Shown here in pieces: positions 33,778 to 42,257 of a stretch of 63,180 nucleotides of DNA (positions are counted from its first letter, which is position 1; every line of letters starts with the position of its first letter). Source of the DNA: Oscillospiraceae bacterium (GTDB lineage Bacteria > Bacillota > Clostridia > Oscillospirales > Oscillospiraceae); contig JAISJJ010000126.1 of the NCBI GenBank assembly GCA_031261585.1, positions 1-63,180 of the forward strand, read 5' to 3'. A program made the translations under genes and the position numbers. The notes under the pieces are model-generated. The model had not been told where the DNA came from. It made no database searches and saw nothing but the letters and a program-made list of their open reading frames with translations.

Positions 33778-34640
33778 CTCTCGTCCCGAACGCGCGTGTC
33801 CCAGAGTATGAACCCGTAGCGGTACACGGATTCACGCGTCGCCGCGCCGTTGCGCTCCAACCACTGTAAAACCTTGGCGGTGTCGTCGTCGGATTCGCGC
33901 CCGCACAGATCGGCGAGACGCTGAGCGTCGCGGAGTGTCGGCGCGTATGTTTCGCTGCGCTCGTCGGCATAATAGTACGTCTCGGGGTAGTACCCTCGGT
34001 GCCACAGCAGATTCACCAGCGCGTAAAACCCGTCGCCCGAGAAGCGCGACGGCGATGTTGAGCCGAACACCTCGCGCATGACGCGCGGGGTCAGCGAATC
34101 TGACGTGTTCGCGAACGAGCAGTTGCAGCAGAACGCGCGCGACATGCGTATGAGCTTGTCGAGACAGCCGCGCCCCGTGCTCGCGGGCGTGATCGACGTG
34201 AACACGAGGTCGAATTGCCCGACCAAGCCCGCCGCGTCAATGTCGAACGTCAGAAAATCCTCCGCGCGGAACGACGTGTTCGTCAACCCGCGCGCGGCGC
34301 ATATCTCGCGCCCGTACTCGACGAAGCGTCGGGAGAAGTCGATACCGAGCGCGTATTTCGCGCTTTCCGCGAACTCAGCGACGAACAGACCGGGACCGCA
34401 GCCCACATCGGCGACGGAATCGCCCGCGCCGAGCAGTCCGCGCCCGCGCAGATACGCGGAGGTCGTGCCGACGCGTTCGAGCATATTCTGTTTGCCGCCT
34501 GATTCAATGCCGCGAATCCACTCCTCGGCGCGCTCGTCCCACGTCTCCGCCGACACCGCGGATTTACCGGGGCGGGAACGCGACGCCCATTGACCCTCAA
34601 AATACTCGCGGAGATTGAACGCACCGTCGCTCTCGCCCAT
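33774..34640 (-). CDS. class I SAM-dependent methyltransferase
   Basis: Motif I VADVGCGPG, acidic loop GIDFS, FDLVFTS. First gene of the operon. Confidence 0.8.
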   Translation of the reverse strand: MGESDGAFNLREYFEGQWASRSRPGKSAVSAETWDERAEEWIRGIESGGKQNMLERVGTTSAYLRGRGLLGAGDSVADVGCGPGLFVAEFAESAKYALGIDFSRRFVEYGREICAARGLTNTSFRAEDFLTFDIDAAGLVGQFDLVFTSITPASTGRGCLDKLIRMSRAFCCNCSFANTSDSLTPRVMREVFGSTSPSRFSGDGFYALVNLLWHRGYYPETYYYADERSETYAPTLRDAQRLADLCGRESDDDTAKVLQWLERNGAATRESVYRYGFILWDTRVRDER

Positions 34641-34704
34641 ACGTCACCGTCCAAAAACTGATATATTATCGTTTGTTGCTGTTTGTTGTTGTTTTGTTAA
34701 CGAC

Positions 34705-34733
34705 ATAATACACTATTACGGGACAAAAATCAA
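34705..34733 (-). promoter_or_regulatory. sigma-A promoter candidate for the metal operon
   Basis: Minus strand TTGATT (34733-34728), 17 nt, TATTAT (34710-34705), followed by a CA-rich leader. Confidence 0.4.
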
Positions 34734-34807
34734 TAGCTTATTTAAGAAAACCGCAATTAATCTCCAAATACGATTTGCTCATTAAGCCAAAATTAACCGT
34801 AATTTCA

Positions 34808-34836
34808 TTGACATTTCAGCGAAAGGGTGGTACGAT
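34808..34836 (+). promoter_or_regulatory. sigma-A promoter placed for a leaderless xpaC transcript
   Basis: TTGACA (34808-34813), 17 nt, TACGAT (34831-34836). ATG 34843 lies 6 nt after the -10. Confidence 0.5.
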
Positions 34837-34842
34837 AGGGGC

Positions 34843-35493
34843 ATGAAAAAGAAAATTCGTAAAACTTCATCAATCCCGATCTACGCTGTCGCCGCCGTGT
34901 GCGTGATCTGGGGCGTGTTCCTGCCGATGTATCGCGCGGGTAATCTCATCGTGCTTGCGGTCGTCGCCGTCGCCGTGTTCGTGCTGTTGACGCTGTTGAC
35001 CACGAAAACGGAGTACGTCGAGATACCCGCACCGCCCGTTGAGACAGGCGACGCGGAGATCGACGCGCTGCTGCGCGCGGGCAGAGCCGCCGTACGTGAG
35101 ATGCGCGACATCGCGTCGCGTGTGCGGAGCGGTGCCGTCGCGACGAAGATCGGGCTGATCGCCGACGCGACGAACCGCATCTTCAACAACCTCACGGACG
35201 ACGCGTCAGACTACCGCGCGACGCGTCGGTTCAACGAGCTGTATCTGCCGACGGTGCAGAAGCTGTTGCGCGAGTATGCCCGATACGAGACGCAGGCGGC
35301 GCACGGTGAACTCGTGAGCGATACGATGGCGCGCATCGAGTCCGCGCTCGACTCAATCGACGTGAGCTTTGAGAAGTTCTACGACTCGCTGTTCAAGAGC
35401 GAGGCGATGGACATCGAGACGGACATCACGGTGTTGCAGGATTTCCTAAAACGCGAAGGAGTCGGCAATTATCAGTTAACAATTAACAGTTAA
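34843..35493 (+). CDS. xpaC: XpaC-like (5-bromo-4-chloroindolyl phosphate hydrolysis family) membrane protein
   Basis: Two N-terminal TM helices plus a helical cytoplasmic domain. Sits directly upstream of a TelA/YaaN homologue, as in B. subtilis xpaC-yaaN. The last five codons (LTINS*) are encoded by the heptamer array. Confidence 0.75.
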   Translation: MKKKIRKTSSIPIYAVAAVCVIWGVFLPMYRAGNLIVLAVVAVAVFVLLTLLTTKTEYVEIPAPPVETGDAEIDALLRAGRAAVREMRDIASRVRSGAVATKIGLIADATNRIFNNLTDDASDYRATRRFNELYLPTVQKLLREYARYETQAAHGELVSDTMARIESALDSIDVSFEKFYDSLFKSEAMDIETDITVLQDFLKREGVGNYQLTINS

Positions 35494-35586
35494 CAATTAA
35501 CAGTTAACAGTTAGGACGCGAGTTGCGGGGGTTTGCCAACATCCCACGTCCCCGCTCTGACATCTAACCTCTGACATCTCATCTCT
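35474..35586. repeat. TTAACAR heptamer array + GC hairpin remnant + TCTGACA/TCTAACC heptamers
   Basis: agttaacaattaacagttaacaattaacagttaacagtta, then ggacgcgagttgcgggggtttgcc, then tctgacatctaacctctgacatctcatctc. Confidence 0.8.
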
Positions 35587-35607
35587 ACAAATAAAGGAGT
35601 TACTATC

Positions 35608-36765
35608 ATGTCCGACATCAACTACACACCTACGCTTACGCTCAACCCCGAGGAGCCGAAAACGCCCGCGTCGGCTATTGCGGCGGCGGCTGCCGCGGTT
35701 GCCGCCGAGGAACCCGCACCCGTCGCGAAGCTCGATCTGTCGCAGCTCAGCGAGGAGGAGCAGAAGATCGTCATCAGTTTCGCCGACCAGATCGACGTGC
35801 GCGACACGAACGCCGTTTTGACCTACGGCGCGGCGGCACAGCACAACATCGCGAGCTTTTCGGAGACGACGCTCGATAACGTGCGCACGAAGGACATGGG
35901 CGAGGTCGGCGATATGCTGACGAGCCTTGTCGTGCAGCTCAAAGGCTTCAACTACGGCGACGAGGAGAAAAAAGGTATCTTCGGCATCGGCAAAAAGGTG
36001 CGCAACAAGATGGAGACGATGAAAACGCAGTACGACGCGTGCGAGAAGAACGTCGACAAGATCGCCGAACTCTTGGAGAAGCACCAGATGACGCTGCTGA
36101 AAGACGCGGCGATGCTCGACAAGATGTACGACCTCAATCAGGCGTACTTCAAAGAGCTGACGATGTACATTCTCGCGGGCAAGCGCAAACTCGAACAGTG
36201 CCGCGCGACGGAACTGCCCGAGTTGCAGAAGAAAGCGCAGGAATCGGGGTTGCCCGAGGACGCGCAGGCGGTTCAGGACTACGCGAACATGCTCAACCGC
36301 TTCGAGAAGAAGCTGTACGACCTCGAACTCACGCGCATCATCTCGATACAGATGGCACCGCAGATACGCCTGATACAGAACAACGACAGCCTGATGGTCG
36401 AGAAGATTCAGACCTCGATTGTGAACACGATACCGCTGTGGAAGTCGCAGATGGTACTCGCGCTCGGTATGCACCACGCGCATCAGGCGATGTCGGCGCA
36501 GAGAGAGGTCACGAACATGACAAACGAGCTGCTGAAAAAGAACGCCGACGCGCTGAAAATCAGCACCGTCGAGATCGCGCAGGAGTCCGAGCGCGGCATA
36601 GCCGACGTGGAGACGCTCGTGCATACGAACAAGACGCTCATCGACACGCTCGAAGAGGTGCGCACGATTCAGGCTGAGGGTTCGCGCAAACGTCAGGAAG
36701 CTGAGGTCGAACTCGGCAAGCTCGAGGGCGAATTGAAGCAGAAACTGCTCGACCTGCGCAAGTGA
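35608..36765 (+). CDS. telA: TelA/YaaN-family toxic-anion-resistance protein
   Basis: LSEEEQKIVISFADQIDVRDTNAVLTYGAAAQHNIASFSETTLDNVRTKDMGEVGDMLTSLV is collinear with B. subtilis YaaN; coiled-coil C-terminal half. Confidence 0.9.
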   Translation: MSDINYTPTLTLNPEEPKTPASAIAAAAAAVAAEEPAPVAKLDLSQLSEEEQKIVISFADQIDVRDTNAVLTYGAAAQHNIASFSETTLDNVRTKDMGEVGDMLTSLVVQLKGFNYGDEEKKGIFGIGKKVRNKMETMKTQYDACEKNVDKIAELLEKHQMTLLKDAAMLDKMYDLNQAYFKELTMYILAGKRKLEQCRATELPELQKKAQESGLPEDAQAVQDYANMLNRFEKKLYDLELTRIISIQMAPQIRLIQNNDSLMVEKIQTSIVNTIPLWKSQMVLALGMHHAHQAMSAQREVTNMTNELLKKNADALKISTVEIAQESERGIADVETLVHTNKTLIDTLEEVRTIQAEGSRKRQEAEVELGKLEGELKQKLLDLRK

Positions 36766-37406
36766 GGAAACTACTGAAAAACCGCGCGTTCGCGATACTC
36801 CTGTCCGCCGTAATCATTGCGGTATCGTTGTACGGCGGCATCAACCGCAGCGTCACGCGCGAGATCAATCGGGTGGAAGCGTTGTTTTATCGGGGCGTAC
36901 CCGACACGGCGCAGGGGTATACTAAGCCGTCAATCGAGTCGCAGATCAATCAGTATGCAGGGAAAGCGTTGGGGCTTATCAGCGTTGCGAACAACTACCC
37001 CGAGACGGAGTTGTGGCGTAATCGGTTGCGCGACGCGCGCGACGCGTGGATAGGGTACGGCGGCGGGTTCAACTCCGCGTTCACCGACATCACGTCCCGC
37101 ACGGTATCGGCAGGACGCATGCGCGAGACGTTTGAGGAACTGTACGCCGTGCTGATAATGCAAAACCTGTCCGAGCAGGAATTGCGCACCGTGAGCGACT
37201 GCGCTCAGGGGTTCCGCGGCGCGGCGGCATACGCCGACGAACTCGGCGCGGAGTACAACGAACATGTGTTTGCGCTGCAAGACATCGTGATAGGCGGCGC
37301 GAAGCTGATGTACCGCGTCGGCACGTTGCAGTACGTGTCTAAAACGACGACGACGTGGGACGACGATAGCTTGGGGTTCACTACGACAGTAGAATGGAGG
37401 AGGTAG
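36762..37406 (+). CDS. hypothetical N-terminally anchored membrane protein (occupies the position where a LemA gene usually precedes TPM)
   Basis: GTG start overlapping the telA stop. One TM (AFAILLSAVIIAVSLYGGI). No LemA signature recognised. Confidence 0.65.
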   Translation: MRKLLKNRAFAILLSAVIIAVSLYGGINRSVTREINRVEALFYRGVPDTAQGYTKPSIESQINQYAGKALGLISVANNYPETELWRNRLRDARDAWIGYGGGFNSAFTDITSRTVSAGRMRETFEELYAVLIMQNLSEQELRTVSDCAQGFRGAAAYADELGAEYNEHVFALQDIVIGGAKLMYRVGTLQYVSKTTTTWDDDSLGFTTTVEWRR

Positions 37407-37410
37407 AAAA

Positions 37411-38520
37411 TTGAAAAAGATTACAGCGTTTTTGGTTGCGGCGATTCTGTGTGCCGCGTTCGTAATACCCGCGCTTGCGGTGGTCGTCGATCAGTCGCCC
37501 GAGTACTATGTCGCGGACTACGCGAATGTGCTGTCGGCGGCGACGCGCAACAAGATCATCGACTCGAACCACGACGCGGGCAACGGGCTTGAAGCACTGT
37601 GCGACGGCGCGCAGATCGTCGTCGTGACGATAGACTATCTCGACGGCATGAAATCGCAGGAGTACGCGCTGACGCTGTTCAACAACTGGGGCGTGGGCAA
37701 CGCGCAGAAAAACAACGGCATGTTGCTGCTCTTGGTCGTGCGGGAGAATAAGGGGTGGCTCGCTGTCGGCGACGGCGTGGCGAAATACTGGACGTCAGAT
37801 CGCACAAACGACCTGCTGAACAACTATTTCTGGGACGATGTGGACGCGGGACAGTACGACAGAGCGGTGAACAAGGTTCTCGAACCGCTGTTCTCGTGGT
37901 ACGCCGACCAGTACGGGCTGTTCGCCGACGATCCCGCGTACGACCCCGGTTATGACCCCGGGTACGACCCCGGGAGACCAATTCCAGATATCCCGTGGCA
38001 GCCCGAACCCGTGTACCCCGTGACGAGTCCGAATTTTGCCCCGCTCATCGTGATTCTCGTCATCGTACTGATCATCATCGCAGTTGCGGCATCGAGTGAC
38101 CGCACGCGTTACGGCGCGTACTACCACTCAATCGGCGTGCCTGTGCCGCGATACCACTGGTGGTACATGTGGGGCGGCACACGTCCGCACCGCGTGTGGT
38201 ATAACAACCGCTACAACAGACCGCCACCTCGCGGCGGTCCGCGTCCCCCGAGCGGGGGCTCACGCCCGAGCGGTGGATCACGTCCGAGCGGCAATTCGTC
38301 ACGCGGCAACGGTTACGGCGGCTTCGGCGGCAGCGGCGGATCATCGGGCGGCAGTTCGCGCGGAAGCGGATTCGGCGGCTTCGGCTCGTCGGGTGGTTCA
38401 TCAGGCGGATCGTCAGGCGGCGGATTCGGCGGATTCGGCGGCGGCGGTGGCGGCGGCAGTAGCGGCGGCGGCGGTGGCGGCGGTCACAGCTCAGGCGGCG
38501 GCGGTGGCGGTCGGAATTGA
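37411..38520 (+). CDS. TPM-domain protein (YgcG-like) with TM segment and Gly/Ser-rich tail
   Basis: TTG start behind GGAGGAGG. YVADYANVLSAATRNKI..IVVVTIDYLDG..EYALTLFNNWGVGN..NNGMLLLLVVRENK; TM LIVILVIVLIIIAVAA; ~100-aa GGS/GGF tail. Confidence 0.85.
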   Translation: MKKITAFLVAAILCAAFVIPALAVVVDQSPEYYVADYANVLSAATRNKIIDSNHDAGNGLEALCDGAQIVVVTIDYLDGMKSQEYALTLFNNWGVGNAQKNNGMLLLLVVRENKGWLAVGDGVAKYWTSDRTNDLLNNYFWDDVDAGQYDRAVNKVLEPLFSWYADQYGLFADDPAYDPGYDPGYDPGRPIPDIPWQPEPVYPVTSPNFAPLIVILVIVLIIIAVAASSDRTRYGAYYHSIGVPVPRYHWWYMWGGTRPHRVWYNNRYNRPPPRGGPRPPSGGSRPSGGSRPSGNSSRGNGYGGFGGSGGSSGGSSRGSGFGGFGSSGGSSGGSSGGGFGGFGGGGGGGSSGGGGGGGHSSGGGGGGRN

Positions 38521-38532
38521 CAGATAACAGAT

Positions 38533-38576
38533 AAAGGACGTGGGTTGCGGATTTGCCGCAACCCCCGTCCTTTTTA
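38533..38576 (+). terminator. rho-independent terminator (repeat-family hairpin)
   Basis: AAAGGACGTGGGTTGCGG atttg CCGCAACCCCCGTCCTTT + TTT; preceded by cagataacagataa heptamers. Confidence 0.75.
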
Positions 38577-38648
38577 TATGCGAATCACGAGTTTGCATGT
38601 GCGCAAACCGTAACGGGGCGACACTGCGTGTAGTCGCCATGTCGTGGG

Positions 38649-39773
38649 CTATTCCATCGCGTCCACGCGTTCGAGCAGCGCGATAAATCGCGGCTCGTCG
38701 CGCAGAGCCTCGCTTATATGCGGAATACGCGACAGTTCGAGTTGTATACTCGCCTTTGCGCCGTCGGTGTACGGTGTCATGTCAATCTCCGCGTACCGCA
38801 TAATAGGCGACTCGAACCGCACGACTTTGCCGTTCCACGTCGCGTCCGCGACGCACAAGTCTGCGCACTTTTCGAGCCAGTCGAGCGCGGACGCTTTGTC
38901 GCCGATCGACAGGTAATTCGACGCGATAATTACACAGTTTGCGTTGATAACGGGGTACTCGCCGCCGCCGTAGATAATCTCCGAGATGTCGAAATATGCC
39001 CGCGAAACGGCGATTGCGTCCTCGATTTGACCGCGCCGTGCGTATGTCGTCGAGAGTCCCATGAGTTCCGCTTGCAACACGCCCATGAGTTGCTGAATGT
39101 TTCGGCAGTTCTGCCGCGACTGCTCGTCCGCGTCGCCCACTTCCGACGACAAAATCTGTGAGAGCAAAAGCCCGCGCGACGTGAGATACTCGGGCAATGT
39201 CGCCGCATACTCCCGCGCCTTGGCGTAGTCGCCGATTCTTAGGTGCGCGTTAAAGAGCGTGCCGCCGACGAATCGCGCCGTCTCCGCGTCCGCGCCGTAC
39301 TCGGTCAAAAGCCGCGCCATGCGCTCGATTTCCGCGAGAATTTCAGGGTCGTCGCTCATGCCGTTGCCGCGCAAGATACACTCGCGCAACAGTTTTCGAT
39401 TGTTCGGATACCGCGCGAGTGCGGCGTGAAGCCGTTCGTAATGCTCACGTTCTATCGCGTCAATCTCCGCCGCGAACGCGCGAACGTCGTAGTCGTCGCG
39501 CGGGGTGAGCGGGCGACCGTACATCTCACGCTCAGTGTCGTCGATGAGGTTCTGCACCTCAGCGTCCTCGTTCGCGTTGTCAATGCCGAGAAGCGTATCC
39601 GCGCTCACGCCGAATATGCTCACGAGCGGCGCGAGCTGCGAGATGTCAGGTGCCGCGATGCCGTTCTCCCACTTCGACACGGCTTGCGCTGTGATGTTCA
39701 GCCGCTCGGCAAGATCCTCCTGCGTGAAACCGCGCTCGCGGCGGAGCCGTTTGATTGTCTGCCCGATGTCCAT
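38649..39773 (-). CDS. XRE HTH regulator with a ~300-aa helical-repeat (TPR-like) C-terminal domain
   Basis: IGQTIKRLRRERGFTQEDLAERLNITAQAVSKWENGIAAPDISQLAPLVSIFGVSADTLLG, then repeated helix pairs. Confidence 0.85.
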   Translation of the reverse strand: MDIGQTIKRLRRERGFTQEDLAERLNITAQAVSKWENGIAAPDISQLAPLVSIFGVSADTLLGIDNANEDAEVQNLIDDTEREMYGRPLTPRDDYDVRAFAAEIDAIEREHYERLHAALARYPNNRKLLRECILRGNGMSDDPEILAEIERMARLLTEYGADAETARFVGGTLFNAHLRIGDYAKAREYAATLPEYLTSRGLLLSQILSSEVGDADEQSRQNCRNIQQLMGVLQAELMGLSTTYARRGQIEDAIAVSRAYFDISEIIYGGGEYPVINANCVIIASNYLSIGDKASALDWLEKCADLCVADATWNGKVVRFESPIMRYAEIDMTPYTDGAKASIQLELSRIPHISEALRDEPRFIALLERVDAME

Positions 39774-39908
39774 GCGCGTTTACCTCCGTAAATTCGGTAC
39801 CGTGAGTGTATTGTACCGCAGTCGCCGCAGATTGTAAAGCGAACAAACGGCAAGTAGCACACAACCGTTGGTTGTATGCTCACGGATTGGAACATGCGCA
39901 AACCTTTC

Positions 39909-40122
39909 GTAGGGGTCGATCTTGACCGACCCGTTGCTACTTTTCCGCGTTCCAACTCCCGTCATTGCGAGCGCACGAAGCAATCCAGAACACGCAACCT
40001 CGTCCAACCTCGCGTTTTACGAGGGTTTGGACGAAGAAACGGGGGACTGGATTGCTTCGCGCGGCTCGCAATGACGAGTGAAAAAGTAAATGCGGTAGCC
40101 GTGGGGTCAAGACAGCCCCTAC
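39909..40122. repeat. GTAGGGG hairpins flanking a 152-nt foldback element (39944-40095)
   Basis: GTAGGGGTCGATCTTGACCGACCC (39909-39932). Foldback arms cgtcattgcgagcgcacgaagcaatccag / ctggattgcttcgcgcggctcgcaatgacg. GGGGTCAAGACAGCCCCTAC (40103-40122). Confidence 0.85.
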
Positions 40123-40170
40123 GACAACGCGTATCCGCAATTGTAATTTCAGCGGTGTGTCCGCTCCACA

Positions 40171-40204
40171 TAAAACAAGCGGAGCGGGGAAAACCCCGCT
40201 CCGT
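40171..40204 (-). terminator. rho-independent terminator after yloV
   Basis: Minus strand ACGGAGCGGGG tttt CCCCGCTCCGCT followed by TGTTTTAT. Confidence 0.6.
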
Positions 40205-40222
40205 TACGATGATTATTACACC

Positions 40223-41854
40223 TTATTCCACGCTGATGATGTACCGATACACGGGTTGACCGCCGACCGCCGACGTGATCTCCGCTGACGGCAGACGCGA
40301 CTCGAACGCCTGCGCAAGCTCAGCCGATTCCTCGTCCGACGCGCCTTCACCCGCGAATATTGTGACGAAATTCGGGGATTCGACGGACGCGAGCGCGGTC
40401 GTGACCGTGTTCTGCAACAGCTCGTCGAACTCGTCGCCGCAAAAATACATACTATCGTCGAGCAACCCGAGGAACTGCCCCGTCTTGATGTCCAAACCGT
40501 CGAACGTCGAATCGCGCGCCGCGTGCGTGATCTGGATCGTGCGCACCGTCGCGAGCGCGTCCGTCATAGCGGTTTCGAGAGTGTCGGGTTCCTCGTCCGC
40601 GTCGAACACGAGCATCGCGGAGATGCCCTGCGGTATCGACTTTGACGGTACGACGATAACCGTGCGCGTCGACAGCGGCACGACCTGTTGCGCCGCGAAG
40701 ATGATGTTGCTGTTGTTCGGGTACACAAACACGATCTCGGCGGGAACGCGCTCAACGGCGTTGAGAATGTCCTCCGTCGACGGGTTCATCGTCTGCCCGC
40801 CCGTGATAATACCGTCCGCGCCGAGGTCACGGAACAGTGCGGACAGCCCCTCGCCCGAGCTGACGGCGACCATGCCGTAACGCTTCTCGATCTCGACGGG
40901 TTTTACGTCCTGCGCTTCCGCTTCGACGAGCTTCTGCGTGTGCTGTTCGCGCATGTTCTCGATCTTAACGGTCAGCAGTCCGCCGAACGTCAACGCCTCG
41001 GTGAGTACGACACCGGGGTCGTTCGTATGCACATGCACCTTGATGATCTCGTCGTCGTCCACGACGACGATACTGTCGCCGCGCGCGTCGAGAAATTCGC
41101 GCAACGTGTCGGGGTGCTTTTTCGTCTCACGCGCGACGATGAACTCCGTGCAGTACGCGAACGTGATCTCGTCGGTGCTGAACGACGTGAAATCGGCGGA
41201 GTCGCGCGGTTCGGTGTCGCCGCCGTTCGACGCGATGGTCTCGCCGCGCAGTGAGCGCAGCATCGCGTCGAGAATATACACGTAACCCTTGCCGCCCGAG
41301 TCGATAACGCCCGCTTTTTTCAGCACGGGGTTGAGATTTATGGTGTCCGCGAGCGCGATTTTCGACGCGGAGAGGGCGTATTCCAAAACGTCCTCGATAT
41401 CGCGCGTCTCAGCGGCGCGCGCCGTCGCCGCCTCAGCCGCGAGACGAGCCACGGTGAGTATCGTACCCTCGGTGGGCTTGCGCACGTTCGCGTACGCGGC
41501 GTCGGAACCCGCCTGTAACGCGCGGGAGAACGTGACCGCGTCCGCCACGTCCAATTCGCGCAGTTCGTTGGACACGCCGCGATACAGCAGCGACAGAATA
41601 ACGCCAGAGTTGCCGCGCGCGCCGCGCAACAACGCCGCCGCCGTGACCTGCACAGCCTTGCCGATGGTGTCTGATGCCGATTCCGCGAGCTTTTCCGCGC
41701 CTTTGGACATCGTAAGGCTCATATTGGTGCCTGTGTCGCCGTCAGGCACGGGGAATACGTTCAGTTCGTTGATCTCGGTCTTGTGGTTCTCGATTGCGGC
41801 GGCGGCGTTTTGGATCATGCGCGTGAACGCCGCGCCTGTGATAAATTCAGTCAA
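40223..41854 (-). CDS. yloV: DAK2-domain fusion protein YloV
   Basis: INELNVFPVPDGDTGTNMSLTM, ARGNSGVILS, GGKGYVYIL, plus a C-terminal DegV-like half. Confidence 0.9.
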   Translation of the reverse strand: MTEFITGAAFTRMIQNAAAAIENHKTEINELNVFPVPDGDTGTNMSLTMSKGAEKLAESASDTIGKAVQVTAAALLRGARGNSGVILSLLYRGVSNELRELDVADAVTFSRALQAGSDAAYANVRKPTEGTILTVARLAAEAATARAAETRDIEDVLEYALSASKIALADTINLNPVLKKAGVIDSGGKGYVYILDAMLRSLRGETIASNGGDTEPRDSADFTSFSTDEITFAYCTEFIVARETKKHPDTLREFLDARGDSIVVVDDDEIIKVHVHTNDPGVVLTEALTFGGLLTVKIENMREQHTQKLVEAEAQDVKPVEIEKRYGMVAVSSGEGLSALFRDLGADGIITGGQTMNPSTEDILNAVERVPAEIVFVYPNNSNIIFAAQQVVPLSTRTVIVVPSKSIPQGISAMLVFDADEEPDTLETAMTDALATVRTIQITHAARDSTFDGLDIKTGQFLGLLDDSMYFCGDEFDELLQNTVTTALASVESPNFVTIFAGEGASDEESAELAQAFESRLPSAEITSAVGGQPVYRYIISVE

Positions 41855-41868
41855 TCGTTCTATCCTCC

Positions 41869-42222
41869 CTACCCAATTATCATTGAGTCGACGAAGATAT
41901 CAACGCGCTCAACGTCAATTCCGGCGGCGGACTCGACCTTAAAACGAACCTCTGACTGTATGCTCTCGCAGACCACAGGGATGTTCACATCACGCCCGAC
42001 AGCGATGTGCAACTCAATGGAGATGGTATTGTTATCATTATATGTCACCCGAACGCCGCGGCTCATGGATTCGCGCTTTAACAGGTGAACAATTCCGTCT
42101 GTGACACTGAGCACCGTCATACCCTTCACGCCGAAGCAGTTTGTGGCGGCTTCGCCTGCGAGCATCGTAAAAACATCGCGGTCAATCGTCACCGCGCCGA
42201 ACTTTGTCTGAGTAACAACCAT
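41869..42222 (-). CDS. Asp23/Gls24-family envelope-stress protein (YloU-like)
   Basis: Track ORF 41869-42396 over-extends. ATG 42222 sits behind AAGGAGGT. AVTIDRDVFTMLAGEAATNCFGVKGM..VNIPVVCESIQSEVRFKVESAAGIDVERVDIFVDSM. Confidence 0.85.
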   Translation of the reverse strand: MVVTQTKFGAVTIDRDVFTMLAGEAATNCFGVKGMTVLSVTDGIVHLLKRESMSRGVRVTYNDNNTISIELHIAVGRDVNIPVVCESIQSEVRFKVESAAGIDVERVDIFVDSMIIG

Positions 42223-42257
42223 TTGAATATGATACCTCCTTGAATGAAACTTTCGCC

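Noticed and set aside
38490-38640. Small (~50 codon) minus-strand ORF downstream of the XRE helical-repeat regulator as a putative signalling pro-peptide.
   Set aside because: It has no Shine-Dalgarno and no signal-peptide-like N-terminus. It traverses a GGCGAC..GTCGCC repeat hairpin, the TPM gene terminator and the antisense of the TPM gene.
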